57,330 nucleotides of DNA from a virus (taxonomy: Duplodnaviria; Caudoviricetes). The first letter of the stretch is position 1. Each line of letters opens with the position of its first letter. The notes under the pieces were generated by a model. The model saw nothing but the letters and a program-made list of their open reading frames with translations, was not told the DNA's origin and did no database searches. Shown here piece by piece: positions 36,720 through 45,271 of the stretch. The stretch lies in IMG/VR virus record IMGVR_UViG_3300027833_001471, positions 1-57,330 of that record, one strand, 5' to 3'. The translations under genes and the position numbers were made by a program.

Positions 36720-37288
36720 GGCAATATATCCGCAACTAAATGAATACGATCAATATCACTTGCATTTAATGCCGTGTGGTTACCCTTATCAGTATGAGCA
36801 AACGTCCAAAGTTCTAGTGGCAAATGCTTTACTTCGTCTTCAATGATCATAAGACAAGCTTCATCTGTTTGTATTGGGTAATGCAATCTTGGGATTGGAT
36901 CGATATGCCAATTCATACAAGTGTATGGTTTTGATTTTAATAGACGAACTCTGCCAATTTCATATTCAGTTTCCATAGCTTTATACATAGCTTCGAATAC
37001 TGTACCTTTAAAAACATCACACAACTCCCAGTCATATACTGACTTTGGAGACATTGGTATTCTAACATCTCCCTGTGGTGTAAGCCTGATGAAGAAGTCT
37101 GACTTACCTTTATCTGCGAAGTAACCAGCGCCAAAGCTGTAATCATCCGTATAGTCGGGTGCGGCGTTCAGACATATCTGTTGGGCGCTGTGTGGATTGG
37201 ATGGTTGGAACCATTCTAAATTTAAGCTGTCTAATTCTTCTAGCAGACCTTTAAACTGGGGCAACTTTATGTTATCATAATAAGTCAA
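36716..37288 (-). CDS. Fe(II)/2OG oxygenase, aspartyl/asparaginyl beta-hydroxylase-like
   Basis: GRVRLL, WHID (HxD), RLHYPI, HTALN, RIHLV; TTG start probable. Confidence 0.75.
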   Translation of the reverse strand: MTYYDNIKLPQFKGLLEELDSLNLEWFQPSNPHSAQQICLNAAPDYTDDYSFGAGYFADKGKSDFFIRLTPQGDVRIPMSPKSVYDWELCDVFKGTVFEAMYKAMETEYEIGRVRLLKSKPYTCMNWHIDPIPRLHYPIQTDEACLMIIEDEVKHLPLELWTFAHTDKGNHTALNASDIDRIHLVADILP

Positions 37289-39326
37289 TGTTGAACATCT
37301 CACTTTCTTTGCCTTCAATCGCTTTCAATACTTCATCGTAACTCTTGTCGAATATCGCTAGTTTGAGGAATATCCTATCATCATTTGAGAAGACGCTGTG
37401 CATCTGTTGTACGTTTAGTAAAGCACATTCATAGTAAACATCAATGTCTTCATCCCACGTAATAGGTCCCGATCCATTTAAAATTATATTTATAGCAGTG
37501 GCTGTTCCGTGATCACGATGAGCCGCTAAATGACTACCAGCTTCTTGGTGATAATATCGTGGGAATACTTCACACCCAACAATAGATGCTACTTGCCATG
37601 CAACCTCGTTAGCAACTTCACAGTCTTCAACATCATCAAATCTAATCACTTGTAACATTTCAAGTGTCTTCGTTTCCGTTTCGTTAGAGGCAGTAAATGC
37701 TTTAGATTTATCTTTATGCTCGTGGTATTCTGTTATCAAAGCATCTTTCAGTTCTTGAGTAACTGGTAGATTTTTCATATATTTTATGTTGGGTTCTTTC
37801 TCATCAACACCCAAGAACTTCACAACCTTTGAATAGTAACTCTTTTGCAGATATTGACGCGCCCTTCTTTTAATCATAGGGTTAGTGAACAACTCTGTGA
37901 ACGTCATTTTACGTAGCTCTTCGAATCCAAATCCAAGACATTGGTAGAACATCAAGAAAAATGTGGACACTTTTATCTCATCAAAATATCCTTCTTGCAA
38001 GTCTTTTACGTACTCAACAACCTCATCACTTGTCCAGTATTGGTTAGACCACTTGTTTTCCATATTAGATTGACGATCAATGGTATAACCAAAGTAATCT
38101 GATCTTTTGGATAATTCGGATGCAGTACCAAGTTCAAGAGGGCTAAAAGAATAAGCATCAAACAAATCCTTTCTTTCAAACAATTCCTTAGTCCATTCAT
38201 CCATTGTTTCTCTATTGTCGTGTGGCAATCCAGCAATGAAACTTCCATACACACTTAACGATCCACCGAATACTTCTTTTGACTTTTCAATCGTTTCAAA
38301 CACTTTCTCTTTTGGACAGCCTTTGCCAATTGATTTAGCTGACTCATAATTAAGAGATTCGACACCAAGAAACCACGCGCATACATTAATTCTTTTAAGT
38401 AAATCTAACTGTTGTGGGAATGCCGCTATAAGATCGATGCGAATGAAAGAAGAGAACTGCAACTTGACTGGAAGGTTCAGTTCTTCTATAGCCTCAGCAA
38501 TAGCCTCTAGTTTTACTGTTTGTTCGTTAAACGTGTCATCAATAATAACGTACTTCGTAGTACCATACAGATCATAGTTCTGCTGTAGTTCAGCCTTAAT
38601 GCATTCTTTATTCCTAAGAAAAGAATTGTCACCTTTCTTTTTACCTATAAGGGGATATGCACAGAACTTACATTTGAATATACAACCCCTACCAAACTCA
38701 ATGCCCATAGCATCTTCAGCATTCCAAAAATCTTCTGGGACGTAGTTTACTCTTTCGTTTCTAAAATCAAACAACGCACCTTTCTGGTCAAAATCAATAA
38801 CGTATGGGTAGTCTCCATATTCCTTGTTGTATTTAAGTTCTATTCCATTCTTGAGATGTTCTGTGATGTGAAGTGCTGGTGCTTCGCCCATGCCAACAAC
38901 AAAGTAATCCACACTTTCGCGTACTTCAGATGCGCGATAATAGGTCATCATACCACCATATACTGTCTTGACACCCTTCGAACGGATGTAGTCAGTCATA
39001 TCTTTTACTTCTTCATCACTGATAGGCCAACGCCAAAGAATGTTTTGCCTTGCACTATCACGAGTGTGGCGCTTGTTATAAACATCCTTACTCTTTCGCA
39101 TGAATAGAGAAGAACTAAACCCAACCCATAATGTGTTGTCACCAATTAGTTTGTCAAGGATTTCGTTTATGTTTCCTTTTTGCATGAAGTGGGTAAAGTT
39201 GTTCAATACAAATACTGAGTAGCCTTGATTTCTTAAATAGGACGCAATTTTATAACCACCAACAGCACGAGCCACGTTGAATACAGGGTCACTCCCCTCA
39301 GTCATAATGATAATGTCGTATGTCAT
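37275..39326 (-). CDS. B12-binding-type radical SAM protein with C-terminal Fe/2OG-like domain
   Basis: GRGCIFKCKFC, DDTFN, GVES, FIAGLP; C-terminal AHRD...MHSV...R. Confidence 0.82.
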   Translation of the reverse strand: MTYDIIIMTEGSDPVFNVARAVGGYKIASYLRNQGYSVFVLNNFTHFMQKGNINEILDKLIGDNTLWVGFSSSLFMRKSKDVYNKRHTRDSARQNILWRWPISDEEVKDMTDYIRSKGVKTVYGGMMTYYRASEVRESVDYFVVGMGEAPALHITEHLKNGIELKYNKEYGDYPYVIDFDQKGALFDFRNERVNYVPEDFWNAEDAMGIEFGRGCIFKCKFCAYPLIGKKKGDNSFLRNKECIKAELQQNYDLYGTTKYVIIDDTFNEQTVKLEAIAEAIEELNLPVKLQFSSFIRIDLIAAFPQQLDLLKRINVCAWFLGVESLNYESAKSIGKGCPKEKVFETIEKSKEVFGGSLSVYGSFIAGLPHDNRETMDEWTKELFERKDLFDAYSFSPLELGTASELSKRSDYFGYTIDRQSNMENKWSNQYWTSDEVVEYVKDLQEGYFDEIKVSTFFLMFYQCLGFGFEELRKMTFTELFTNPMIKRRARQYLQKSYYSKVVKFLGVDEKEPNIKYMKNLPVTQELKDALITEYHEHKDKSKAFTASNETETKTLEMLQVIRFDDVEDCEVANEVAWQVASIVGCEVFPRYYHQEAGSHLAAHRDHGTATAINIILNGSGPITWDEDIDVYYECALLNVQQMHSVFSNDDRIFLKLAIFDKSYDEVLKAIEGKESEMFNIDLL

Positions 39327-39327
39327 T

Positions 39328-40110
39328 CTATCCCTTACGCGGTCTATTAAAGTCTACTGTAGTTCCATCTCTACCTTTGTAAAAGAATATGCCATGTTTA
39401 GCGTCGAATGAAACTTTATCTTTAGTATCGTACCAATCGTCAAACACACATATATCACCTTCGACAAGCAAGTTGCCATCTCCAACAGAAATCCAACTAC
39501 AATTAATTATGTCCCCAAGAATAGTAGTGTTGGGTGGTGTAATTGATTTTGCATATTCTACTTCAGCCATGTTAGTAAACCTATGCATAATTGCATTAGG
39601 TCCTATTTCAGTCATGCCCCATATAAGTATAACTTCACACCCTCTTCCAACAAACGCTTCTATTATATCATATGTAACAGGCTCTGATCCAACTAGAAAA
39701 ATGTGTCCCTCAAGATCAAGAGTTTTAAATGTTTTAGTCTTCATAACAGCCTTGGCTTGTTTTGGGGTCAAGTGGCTGTGTGTGTATTTAGCTACATTCC
39801 TAACATAATCGTATGGATTAAACCTAACGAGATCAACTGTCGCACCTACGGAGAGAGCGGGTATTGTTTGTGCAAATAACCCCCCTGCCTTTTCTGGGCT
39901 TAAACATGTGTATATTACACTCGAATTGGTTATACGTTGTACATAACAAGCGTTCTTTGCATCTATTGCTATCTTTGATGGTGTTTGTTCAATTGCTTTT
40001 GGTTCACCACTTGTGCCTGACGTGTAAATGATCTTTCCATTTTCAATCACATCATCGAAGTAATTATTGTCATACTTATCATAAAACTGTCTAATCATCG
40101 AAGTAACCAA
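39328..40110 (-). CDS. compact adenylate-forming (AMP-binding) enzyme
   Basis: YTSGTSGEPK, WGMTEIGP, YDTKD, KGR. Confidence 0.82.
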   Translation of the reverse strand: MVTSMIRQFYDKYDNNYFDDVIENGKIIYTSGTSGEPKAIEQTPSKIAIDAKNACYVQRITNSSVIYTCLSPEKAGGLFAQTIPALSVGATVDLVRFNPYDYVRNVAKYTHSHLTPKQAKAVMKTKTFKTLDLEGHIFLVGSEPVTYDIIEAFVGRGCEVILIWGMTEIGPNAIMHRFTNMAEVEYAKSITPPNTTILGDIINCSWISVGDGNLLVEGDICVFDDWYDTKDKVSFDAKHGIFFYKGRDGTTVDFNRPRKG

Positions 40111-41221
40111 ACTCGAATTCTTTGTCTACATATCTTAACACATGATGACCCATGAACCTTTCGGTAATTGTTTTGAACATTTCATCATCTTGATTTGCAA
40201 CATATCTTTTCAAAACATTTGTCTGTTCGATACGTTTACTTGACGTCTCTTTAGCCCAATCCCAAAACTCATTTTCGTATATAGAACCACCATGGTAGAT
40301 CAGGTTGATTAAATCTTCTACTGCACGATAGTTTAGGATACATAGTTCGTTAGCTTTATCTTGGGTAATTTCTCCACGTATGTATTGAGAATGAATTTCG
40401 GCATTCTTGACTGTCATGTAAAGAGAGTTTGCACTCATTGGTTCAAAGAACACTGCTCGGTTCCCACTCTTTAGTATTTTGCCATCAATCGTTTTCTTAC
40501 AATAATATGGTTTTAAATCAAATGTTCTAAAATTACTCCTATCATCATCTGATGCTTCCGTGATGCGAATAAGTTCATCTTCTGCTTCTTTACGTGTGCA
40601 AAACTCATTATTGTATAGGAAACCATGGGATGTTCTGTGTTGTAGTGGGATAACAAACATCCAACCATACTTGTGGGCAACGTGTTTAGTAAAGCCAAAA
40701 TCAGATGGGGTTGGATCATCGTAAACTAATGCAGAGTTTAAAACAAGGTTACACTCTTCGTAATCAGAGAAATTTGTTGGTCTGCCACGACAATCAATTA
40801 CATAATCATATTCTGTCAAGTCTTTATATTCTACGTTAGCATCAACACGTCTATAATTAGAGTACATCTTTTGTAATCTCTTCAATCCCATTTCGGCAAA
40901 ATCACGAGCATCAAAGTGAATAGCATGATAACCAGATTGGAATGGAAATATGATTTCTTTTTCGCGCCAATCAATATACTGCGTACCATACTTAGTCGTG
41001 CTGTTGAGTTCTTTTGCTTCTGTTGCGAATATGAAATCAAATGCTTGACCAATTGCAAACGTCACTTCAGACGTGGTACTTTCTCCAACCCCAAGAATGG
41101 GTTTGTTGCTATCGTAGATGTGAGTTACCTCGCAGTCAATGCCTCTGTTCTTAAAGTCTTTTAGTATACAACCAGTAGTTAAGATGCCTGCACTACCAGC
41201 ACCAAGTATTGCAATCTTCAT
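40091..41221 (-). CDS. flavin-dependent tryptophan halogenase-like protein
   Basis: GAGSAG, GVGESTT, GWMFVIPL, FFEPMSA. Confidence 0.8.
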   Translation of the reverse strand: MKIAILGAGSAGILTTGCILKDFKNRGIDCEVTHIYDSNKPILGVGESTTSEVTFAIGQAFDFIFATEAKELNSTTKYGTQYIDWREKEIIFPFQSGYHAIHFDARDFAEMGLKRLQKMYSNYRRVDANVEYKDLTEYDYVIDCRGRPTNFSDYEECNLVLNSALVYDDPTPSDFGFTKHVAHKYGWMFVIPLQHRTSHGFLYNNEFCTRKEAEDELIRITEASDDDRSNFRTFDLKPYYCKKTIDGKILKSGNRAVFFEPMSANSLYMTVKNAEIHSQYIRGEITQDKANELCILNYRAVEDLINLIYHGGSIYENEFWDWAKETSSKRIEQTNVLKRYVANQDDEMFKTITERFMGHHVLRYVDKEFEFGYFDD

Positions 41222-41730
41222 TCGTCACCCCTAACTTCAAAATATCTATCAGCATTTAATAACCAAATATTCTGATCTACCCCAAACACTTCTTCAGTGC
41301 TTACTAGGTCTACCAAACCATTTCTTTCGAGAATGTAATATAGCTTATTAAGTCTTCCCATCTTGCCACTTGCATCGTTATTTATGTTGGTTGTAATGTA
41401 TATTGGATCGTTAGTAGCATATATGACCTTTGGAAGATGGTAGTAGAACATCCAACAGTTCATATGGTTTTTGCTCAAACCCTTTGGTCTTGAGTATAAT
41501 TGACATCCTCTATATAAAGCCCTAACGCCATCTCTAAATTGATGTACACCAGATATGCCTACCATCTTGCCATCAACTGATGTCTCGAACCACACGCCAC
41601 CATCGTCAAGAGTCTTTTGGAAATTCATGACTTCTAACGAGTTGTTGTTTTTATAACCAAGTTTGTCACATTCTTCTATAAAAGTTAGAAGTTGGGGTGT
41701 CACTTCGTGTAGTTGATTAGTGCGTATCAT
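41218..41730 (-). CDS. GNAT-fold-like hypothetical protein
   Basis: DGKMVGISG...RALYRG pattern; weak. Confidence 0.45.
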   Translation of the reverse strand: MIRTNQLHEVTPQLLTFIEECDKLGYKNNNSLEVMNFQKTLDDGGVWFETSVDGKMVGISGVHQFRDGVRALYRGCQLYSRPKGLSKNHMNCWMFYYHLPKVIYATNDPIYITTNINNDASGKMGRLNKLYYILERNGLVDLVSTEEVFGVDQNIWLLNADRYFEVRGDE

Positions 41731-42974
41731 GAGAACTTGAATTCTAAATCTTTGTATACGGTAGTTGACCCAAACATCGCTGGTAATAGTTCTGGCTCTT
41801 TCGTAATCTCAAAATTGTCAAACCTATCAAGCAAGCTATTAATTATCATTTCAAGAAAGTGCTTGACAAGGAAGTCGCCAGTACAGTGGTGAGGTCCGTA
41901 AGCAAGGGTTACTGGAAGTGGTTCGTCATCTCGTTCAAGACTAAACTCTAGGGGATTTTTAAAGTATTTGGGGTCACGGTTTGCTCCATATGTATACAAA
42001 AGAATTCTACCATTTGCATCAAACTTGTATCCATGGTAATCTATGTCTTCTGTGATATCACGTATGCCACCCTTTAGTGGGGCGAGACGCATACTTTCTC
42101 TTGCAAACTTTGAGACAAGTGTTCTATCTGCTTTAATTCTCTTGACAATATCAGGATACTTGGCAAGGTTCATAGCTAGGTTCTGGTACATACTCAGAGC
42201 AAAGGTTGGAATTACAACAGTCCATAAGCTTTGGATAAACATATATCCCATCCTACGTGGGTTGTCATTGTATATCCATTGCTTGTCACTCAAGTTCTTC
42301 GTCATATTAATCATTGTATCGTCATCAACACCCTCAAGATGATAATAGCTAATAGCTTCATCTACGATACGTGCAAACATATTATAGAACTCAGTAGTTT
42401 CGGCAACTGGCTTATCGTAGTCAAAGTCTGGGTTGAAATTAGAGAAGACACCCCCAGGGCGCATCCACTCGTGAAAGCCATCCTTAACATAATCCTCTGA
42501 CACATCTAGTTCTGCCCAAGGAAATTCTATAGTCTGTATCTGAGTGTCGGTAACAATCCTACCGATGACGTCATAAGACACGAATGGTTTGTTCTTTTCT
42601 ATCTTATCGAACCATTTGTCTATATTTGACTTCAGCGCGTCAATCATAAAGCCAGAACGTCTTTTCGCCCAATTAAGGCTTTCCTTCTTCGCAAGATGAT
42701 GATGCGGACCTTCTCTTAGTGTCAATGCATAACCTGCTCTCCAAATACCACCAAGTGGTGTTGGGTCAAAAGGTGCTGGTGATGTCTTAGCTAAGCTGAA
42801 TTCTTCATTCATCTTTGAGGCTTCTTTGAGCCTATCCATTGAGAAGATTATCCAGTGTTTGTATATTGGATGCCAAAAGAAACCTCTTGGTTCGTTTTCG
42901 AAACAAAAAGTAGTGTGTTCATCCATGTTATACAGGAAATCGGGATTAACGATTTCAAAATCATTTTTTCTCAT
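41727..42974 (-). CDS. cytochrome P450
   Basis: ESMR (ExxR), ANRDPKYF, heme-ligand loop AYGPHHCTG. Confidence 0.9.
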   Translation of the reverse strand: MRKNDFEIVNPDFLYNMDEHTTFCFENEPRGFFWHPIYKHWIIFSMDRLKEASKMNEEFSLAKTSPAPFDPTPLGGIWRAGYALTLREGPHHHLAKKESLNWAKRRSGFMIDALKSNIDKWFDKIEKNKPFVSYDVIGRIVTDTQIQTIEFPWAELDVSEDYVKDGFHEWMRPGGVFSNFNPDFDYDKPVAETTEFYNMFARIVDEAISYYHLEGVDDDTMINMTKNLSDKQWIYNDNPRRMGYMFIQSLWTVVIPTFALSMYQNLAMNLAKYPDIVKRIKADRTLVSKFARESMRLAPLKGGIRDITEDIDYHGYKFDANGRILLYTYGANRDPKYFKNPLEFSLERDDEPLPVTLAYGPHHCTGDFLVKHFLEMIINSLLDRFDNFEITKEPELLPAMFGSTTVYKDLEFKFS

Positions 42975-42989
42975 AATATACTCTAATTG

Positions 42990-43292
42990 TTAGAGGTCGG
43001 CAGTCTCTGGTGTAAATGAAATAGTCCAACCATCTGAAATCAAAGATGCCTTTGCAGAAGCAGAAACATTAGCCATAAGAGTAGTGTATTGAGAAGCGGC
43101 TTCATCTGTCCAGTTTGTTACAATAGTATGTGTCCCTGAGTCTACCGACGTAGTTGTTGTTCTACCACCATTTGTAGTTTGCTCATTGAGAAAAGATAAT
43201 ACATCAGAAGGCAGATAACTAGCAATATGAGAAAGAGCCTCATCTGTAGTGATATCTGTTGGTGGTGTGAAAGTAACTGTTTGTTGTACCAT
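42990..43292 (-). CDS. Thr/Ser-rich 100-aa protein heading the late P450 operon
   Basis: AAGGAG RBS; TATAAATA at 43311-43318. Confidence 0.75.
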   Translation of the reverse strand: MVQQTVTFTPPTDITTDEALSHIASYLPSDVLSFLNEQTTNGGRTTTTSVDSGTHTIVTNWTDEAASQYTTLMANVSASAKASLISDGWTISFTPETADL

Positions 43293-43310
43293 ATTTAATC
43301 TCCTTTTGTC

Positions 43311-43318
43311 TATTTATA
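43311..43318 (-). promoter_or_regulatory. T4-type late promoter
   Basis: TATAAATA on the minus strand. Confidence 0.7.
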
Positions 43319-43823
43319 CGTTATCCCAGAAACTCTTCTTCTTTCTACCATGTACGATTAAATGCAACCTATCTTCGTTAGAGTTGTTCTCAACCCAATG
43401 TGGGTAATGCACATTAAGGACAAATGATGCCCCAGAGTGATAAGGAACTTCTTTCCCATCTAATATGAACTTACTTCCTTTTGGATATGTTATTGACATA
43501 TTAAGAGTGTCAAGCCAATTGTGTTCTGGTACATCTCTATGTTCAGCAATCATACCACCAGACTTTATAAGCAGAAACCTACAATCATCTATTTTATCAT
43601 ATGGTAATGACTTAATAAAATCTGTAGTCTTAGGACATTTCAATCCTACTTCTGTGATATTATCTTTTAAGAACAAAGATACAGCAAACCAGTCTTTATG
43701 ACCATCTTGTGGTCTATTGATTGTTAATGTTTCTTTGACTGATAAGTATTCTTGTTCTATATCATGACAAGGAACATTAAAGTTCATTTTAACCCAAGGG
43801 ACGTCACTGCTTCTATAATACAT
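43314..43823 (-). CDS. Fe(II)/2OG oxygenase, aspartyl/asparaginyl beta-hydroxylase-like
   Basis: EHRD (HxD), HWVENNS, RLHLIVH. Confidence 0.78.
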   Translation of the reverse strand: MYYRSSDVPWVKMNFNVPCHDIEQEYLSVKETLTINRPQDGHKDWFAVSLFLKDNITEVGLKCPKTTDFIKSLPYDKIDDCRFLLIKSGGMIAEHRDVPEHNWLDTLNMSITYPKGSKFILDGKEVPYHSGASFVLNVHYPHWVENNSNEDRLHLIVHGRKKKSFWDNV

Positions 43824-43870
43824 AATTTACCTTAATTAGAATCTTATTGTATATCATAAGGGATAACCCT

Positions 43871-43940
43871 ATTATACATGACTTAGAAAGTTTGTCAAGC
43901 AAAAAGTAACTGTTGACAACAAGTATTTATAGTGTAGAAT
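43871..43940. promoter_or_regulatory. divergent promoter region: - TTGACA-16-TATAAT (43871-43898), - late TATAAATA (43924-43931), + TTGACA-16-TAGAAT (43913-43940)
   Basis: Motif matches. Confidence 0.6.
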
Positions 43941-43941
43941 A

Positions 43942-44262
43942 GTGTTTATGAATGCTTATGATGTAATGATACAAAAGATAGTTCGCAATGCAATCTACAC
44001 AATTCGTCGTAGAGGCATGGAGTGCGAACCAGAACAGATCGAACCAATGGAGTACGATGCACTTCCTATGGGCAATGGTCTGGAACATCGTGGCTTCCTC
44101 AAAACTAAAGATGCATACATGTTTAAAGACTTGTTAGCACTAGAACTTACCATCCAATATATTGCATACCAAAAGAAGCACGATGATGATCGTATCAACG
44201 AACCACGTGTTAGTTTGAGAAAAGATGGTTTAGAAATACTTTTTTATACTCAAGGGGGTTGA
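43942..44262 (+). CDS. hypothetical protein
   Basis: ORF track; start uncertain. Confidence 0.6.
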   Translation: MFMNAYDVMIQKIVRNAIYTIRRRGMECEPEQIEPMEYDALPMGNGLEHRGFLKTKDAYMFKDLLALELTIQYIAYQKKHDDDRINEPRVSLRKDGLEILFYTQGG

Positions 44263-44287
44263 CAAGCCCGAATCAATATGACATACA
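44259..44287 (+). promoter_or_regulatory. early promoter TTGACA-CGAATCAATATG-CATACA
   Basis: Near-duplicate of the promoter at 44780. Confidence 0.7.
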
Positions 44288-44315
44288 GTATAGGTAACAA
44301 CACGAAAGAAATAAA

Positions 44316-44486
44316 ATGACACTTAATGAATTATGCGACCAGTACGATGATTTTCTTTTTGAAAACGATTTGCCTCCTATGAGTGCTGATGAGCTTTTGT
44401 TTGAACATGATCTTACACCAGAACAGTGTGATTATCTGGAACAGTTTATTGAATCATGGCATGTAGCAGAAAAGGAAGCCGCATAA
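44316..44486 (+). CDS. small acidic hypothetical protein (56 aa, ends EKEAA)
   Basis: Manual translation; TAATG coupling to the next gene. Confidence 0.7.
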   Translation: MTLNELCDQYDDFLFENDLPPMSADELLFEHDLTPEQCDYLEQFIESWHVAEKEAA

Positions 44487-44776
44487 TGGGCAAACGTGGT
44501 GAACTAAAAGACATGGATGGCTTTGAAGAAGGTGTACGTCAAAGTGCTGTTCAGTACAATGTTGTTTTGTTTCAGCCAAGAAAACCATCACTCGTTAGTG
44601 GCACTTTCAAAGATTTAGGGGAAGCCCAAACATATAGTAGAGATATGTTATCAGAACAAACAAAAGTTCGCAGTGCAATGATTTATGCAATAGATGAGTC
44701 TGATCACCATGCATTAGTTGGTACTATTACTCGTAATATGAAATGGAACTTAGTAATACCAGAGGCGCACAAATAA
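44486..44776 (+). CDS. hypothetical protein
   Basis: ATG 44486 with AAAGGA RBS. Confidence 0.7.
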   Translation: MGKRGELKDMDGFEEGVRQSAVQYNVVLFQPRKPSLVSGTFKDLGEAQTYSRDMLSEQTKVRSAMIYAIDESDHHALVGTITRNMKWNLVIPEAHK

Positions 44777-44779
44777 GTC

Positions 44780-44808
44780 TTGACACCATCGAATCAATAT
44801 GGCATAAA
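44780..44808 (+). promoter_or_regulatory. early promoter TTGACA-CGAATCAATATG-CATAAA
   Basis: Near-duplicate of the promoter at 44259. Confidence 0.7.
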
Positions 44809-44843
44809 GTATGTATAAGTTATCTAAACAGAAGGAAATCAAA

Positions 44844-45023
44844 ATGGATATTCAATCAGCAACACAAGTCGCAGAAACTATGCGTCGATTAGTACGCCGT
44901 TCTGCAAATTTTGGCAAAAGCCGTGAAGATATTCTTGATGAGATCATGATGATCGCAGAAGATTATGAAGGATTGGCAGATCGAATGGATCAGTCAATGG
45001 CGCAAGAATGTGAGGTAGCATGA
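44844..45023 (+). CDS. hypothetical early protein
   Basis: MDIQSATQ start after AAGGA RBS. Confidence 0.7.
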   Translation: MDIQSATQVAETMRRLVRRSANFGKSREDILDEIMMIAEDYEGLADRMDQSMAQECEVA

Positions 45024-45184
45024 TACACAAATATCATATGAACCGCTTTGTTACTAAAGAACAGATGCAAGAACTCTGGGACGAAGCAAAGGTTGCTGAA
45101 AAGAACAATGATGTCGAAACCTTAGATATGTTAGATTTAATTTTTGAGAAAATTGATTTGGGCAAAATTCTGGTTCCTGCGTAA
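45020..45184 (+). CDS. small hypothetical protein (54 aa)
   Basis: Manual translation; GAGGT RBS, ATGA overlap. Confidence 0.65.
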   Translation: MIHKYHMNRFVTKEQMQELWDEAKVAEKNNDVETLDMLDLIFEKIDLGKILVPA

Positions 45185-45200
45185 TATAAATAAAGTTTCT

Positions 45201-45228
45201 AAAGGGGCTGTTCTGGCCTCTTTTTTTT
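45201..45228 (+). terminator. intrinsic terminator
   Basis: AGGGGC...GCCTCT hairpin followed by a T run. Confidence 0.7.
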
Positions 45229-45271
45229 ATGTGAGCGACAGGGTAAAGCTGTCAAGCAAAAGGAGAAACAA

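Noticed and set aside
45185-45192. TATAAATA as the late promoter of the transporter
   Set aside because: A terminator follows within about 10-35 nt, so its function is ambiguous.
45236-45256. GACAG-GGTAAAG-CTGTC hairpin as a c-di-GMP riboswitch or Pho box
   Set aside because: Only one short hairpin and one CTGTCA half-site; the other required elements are absent.
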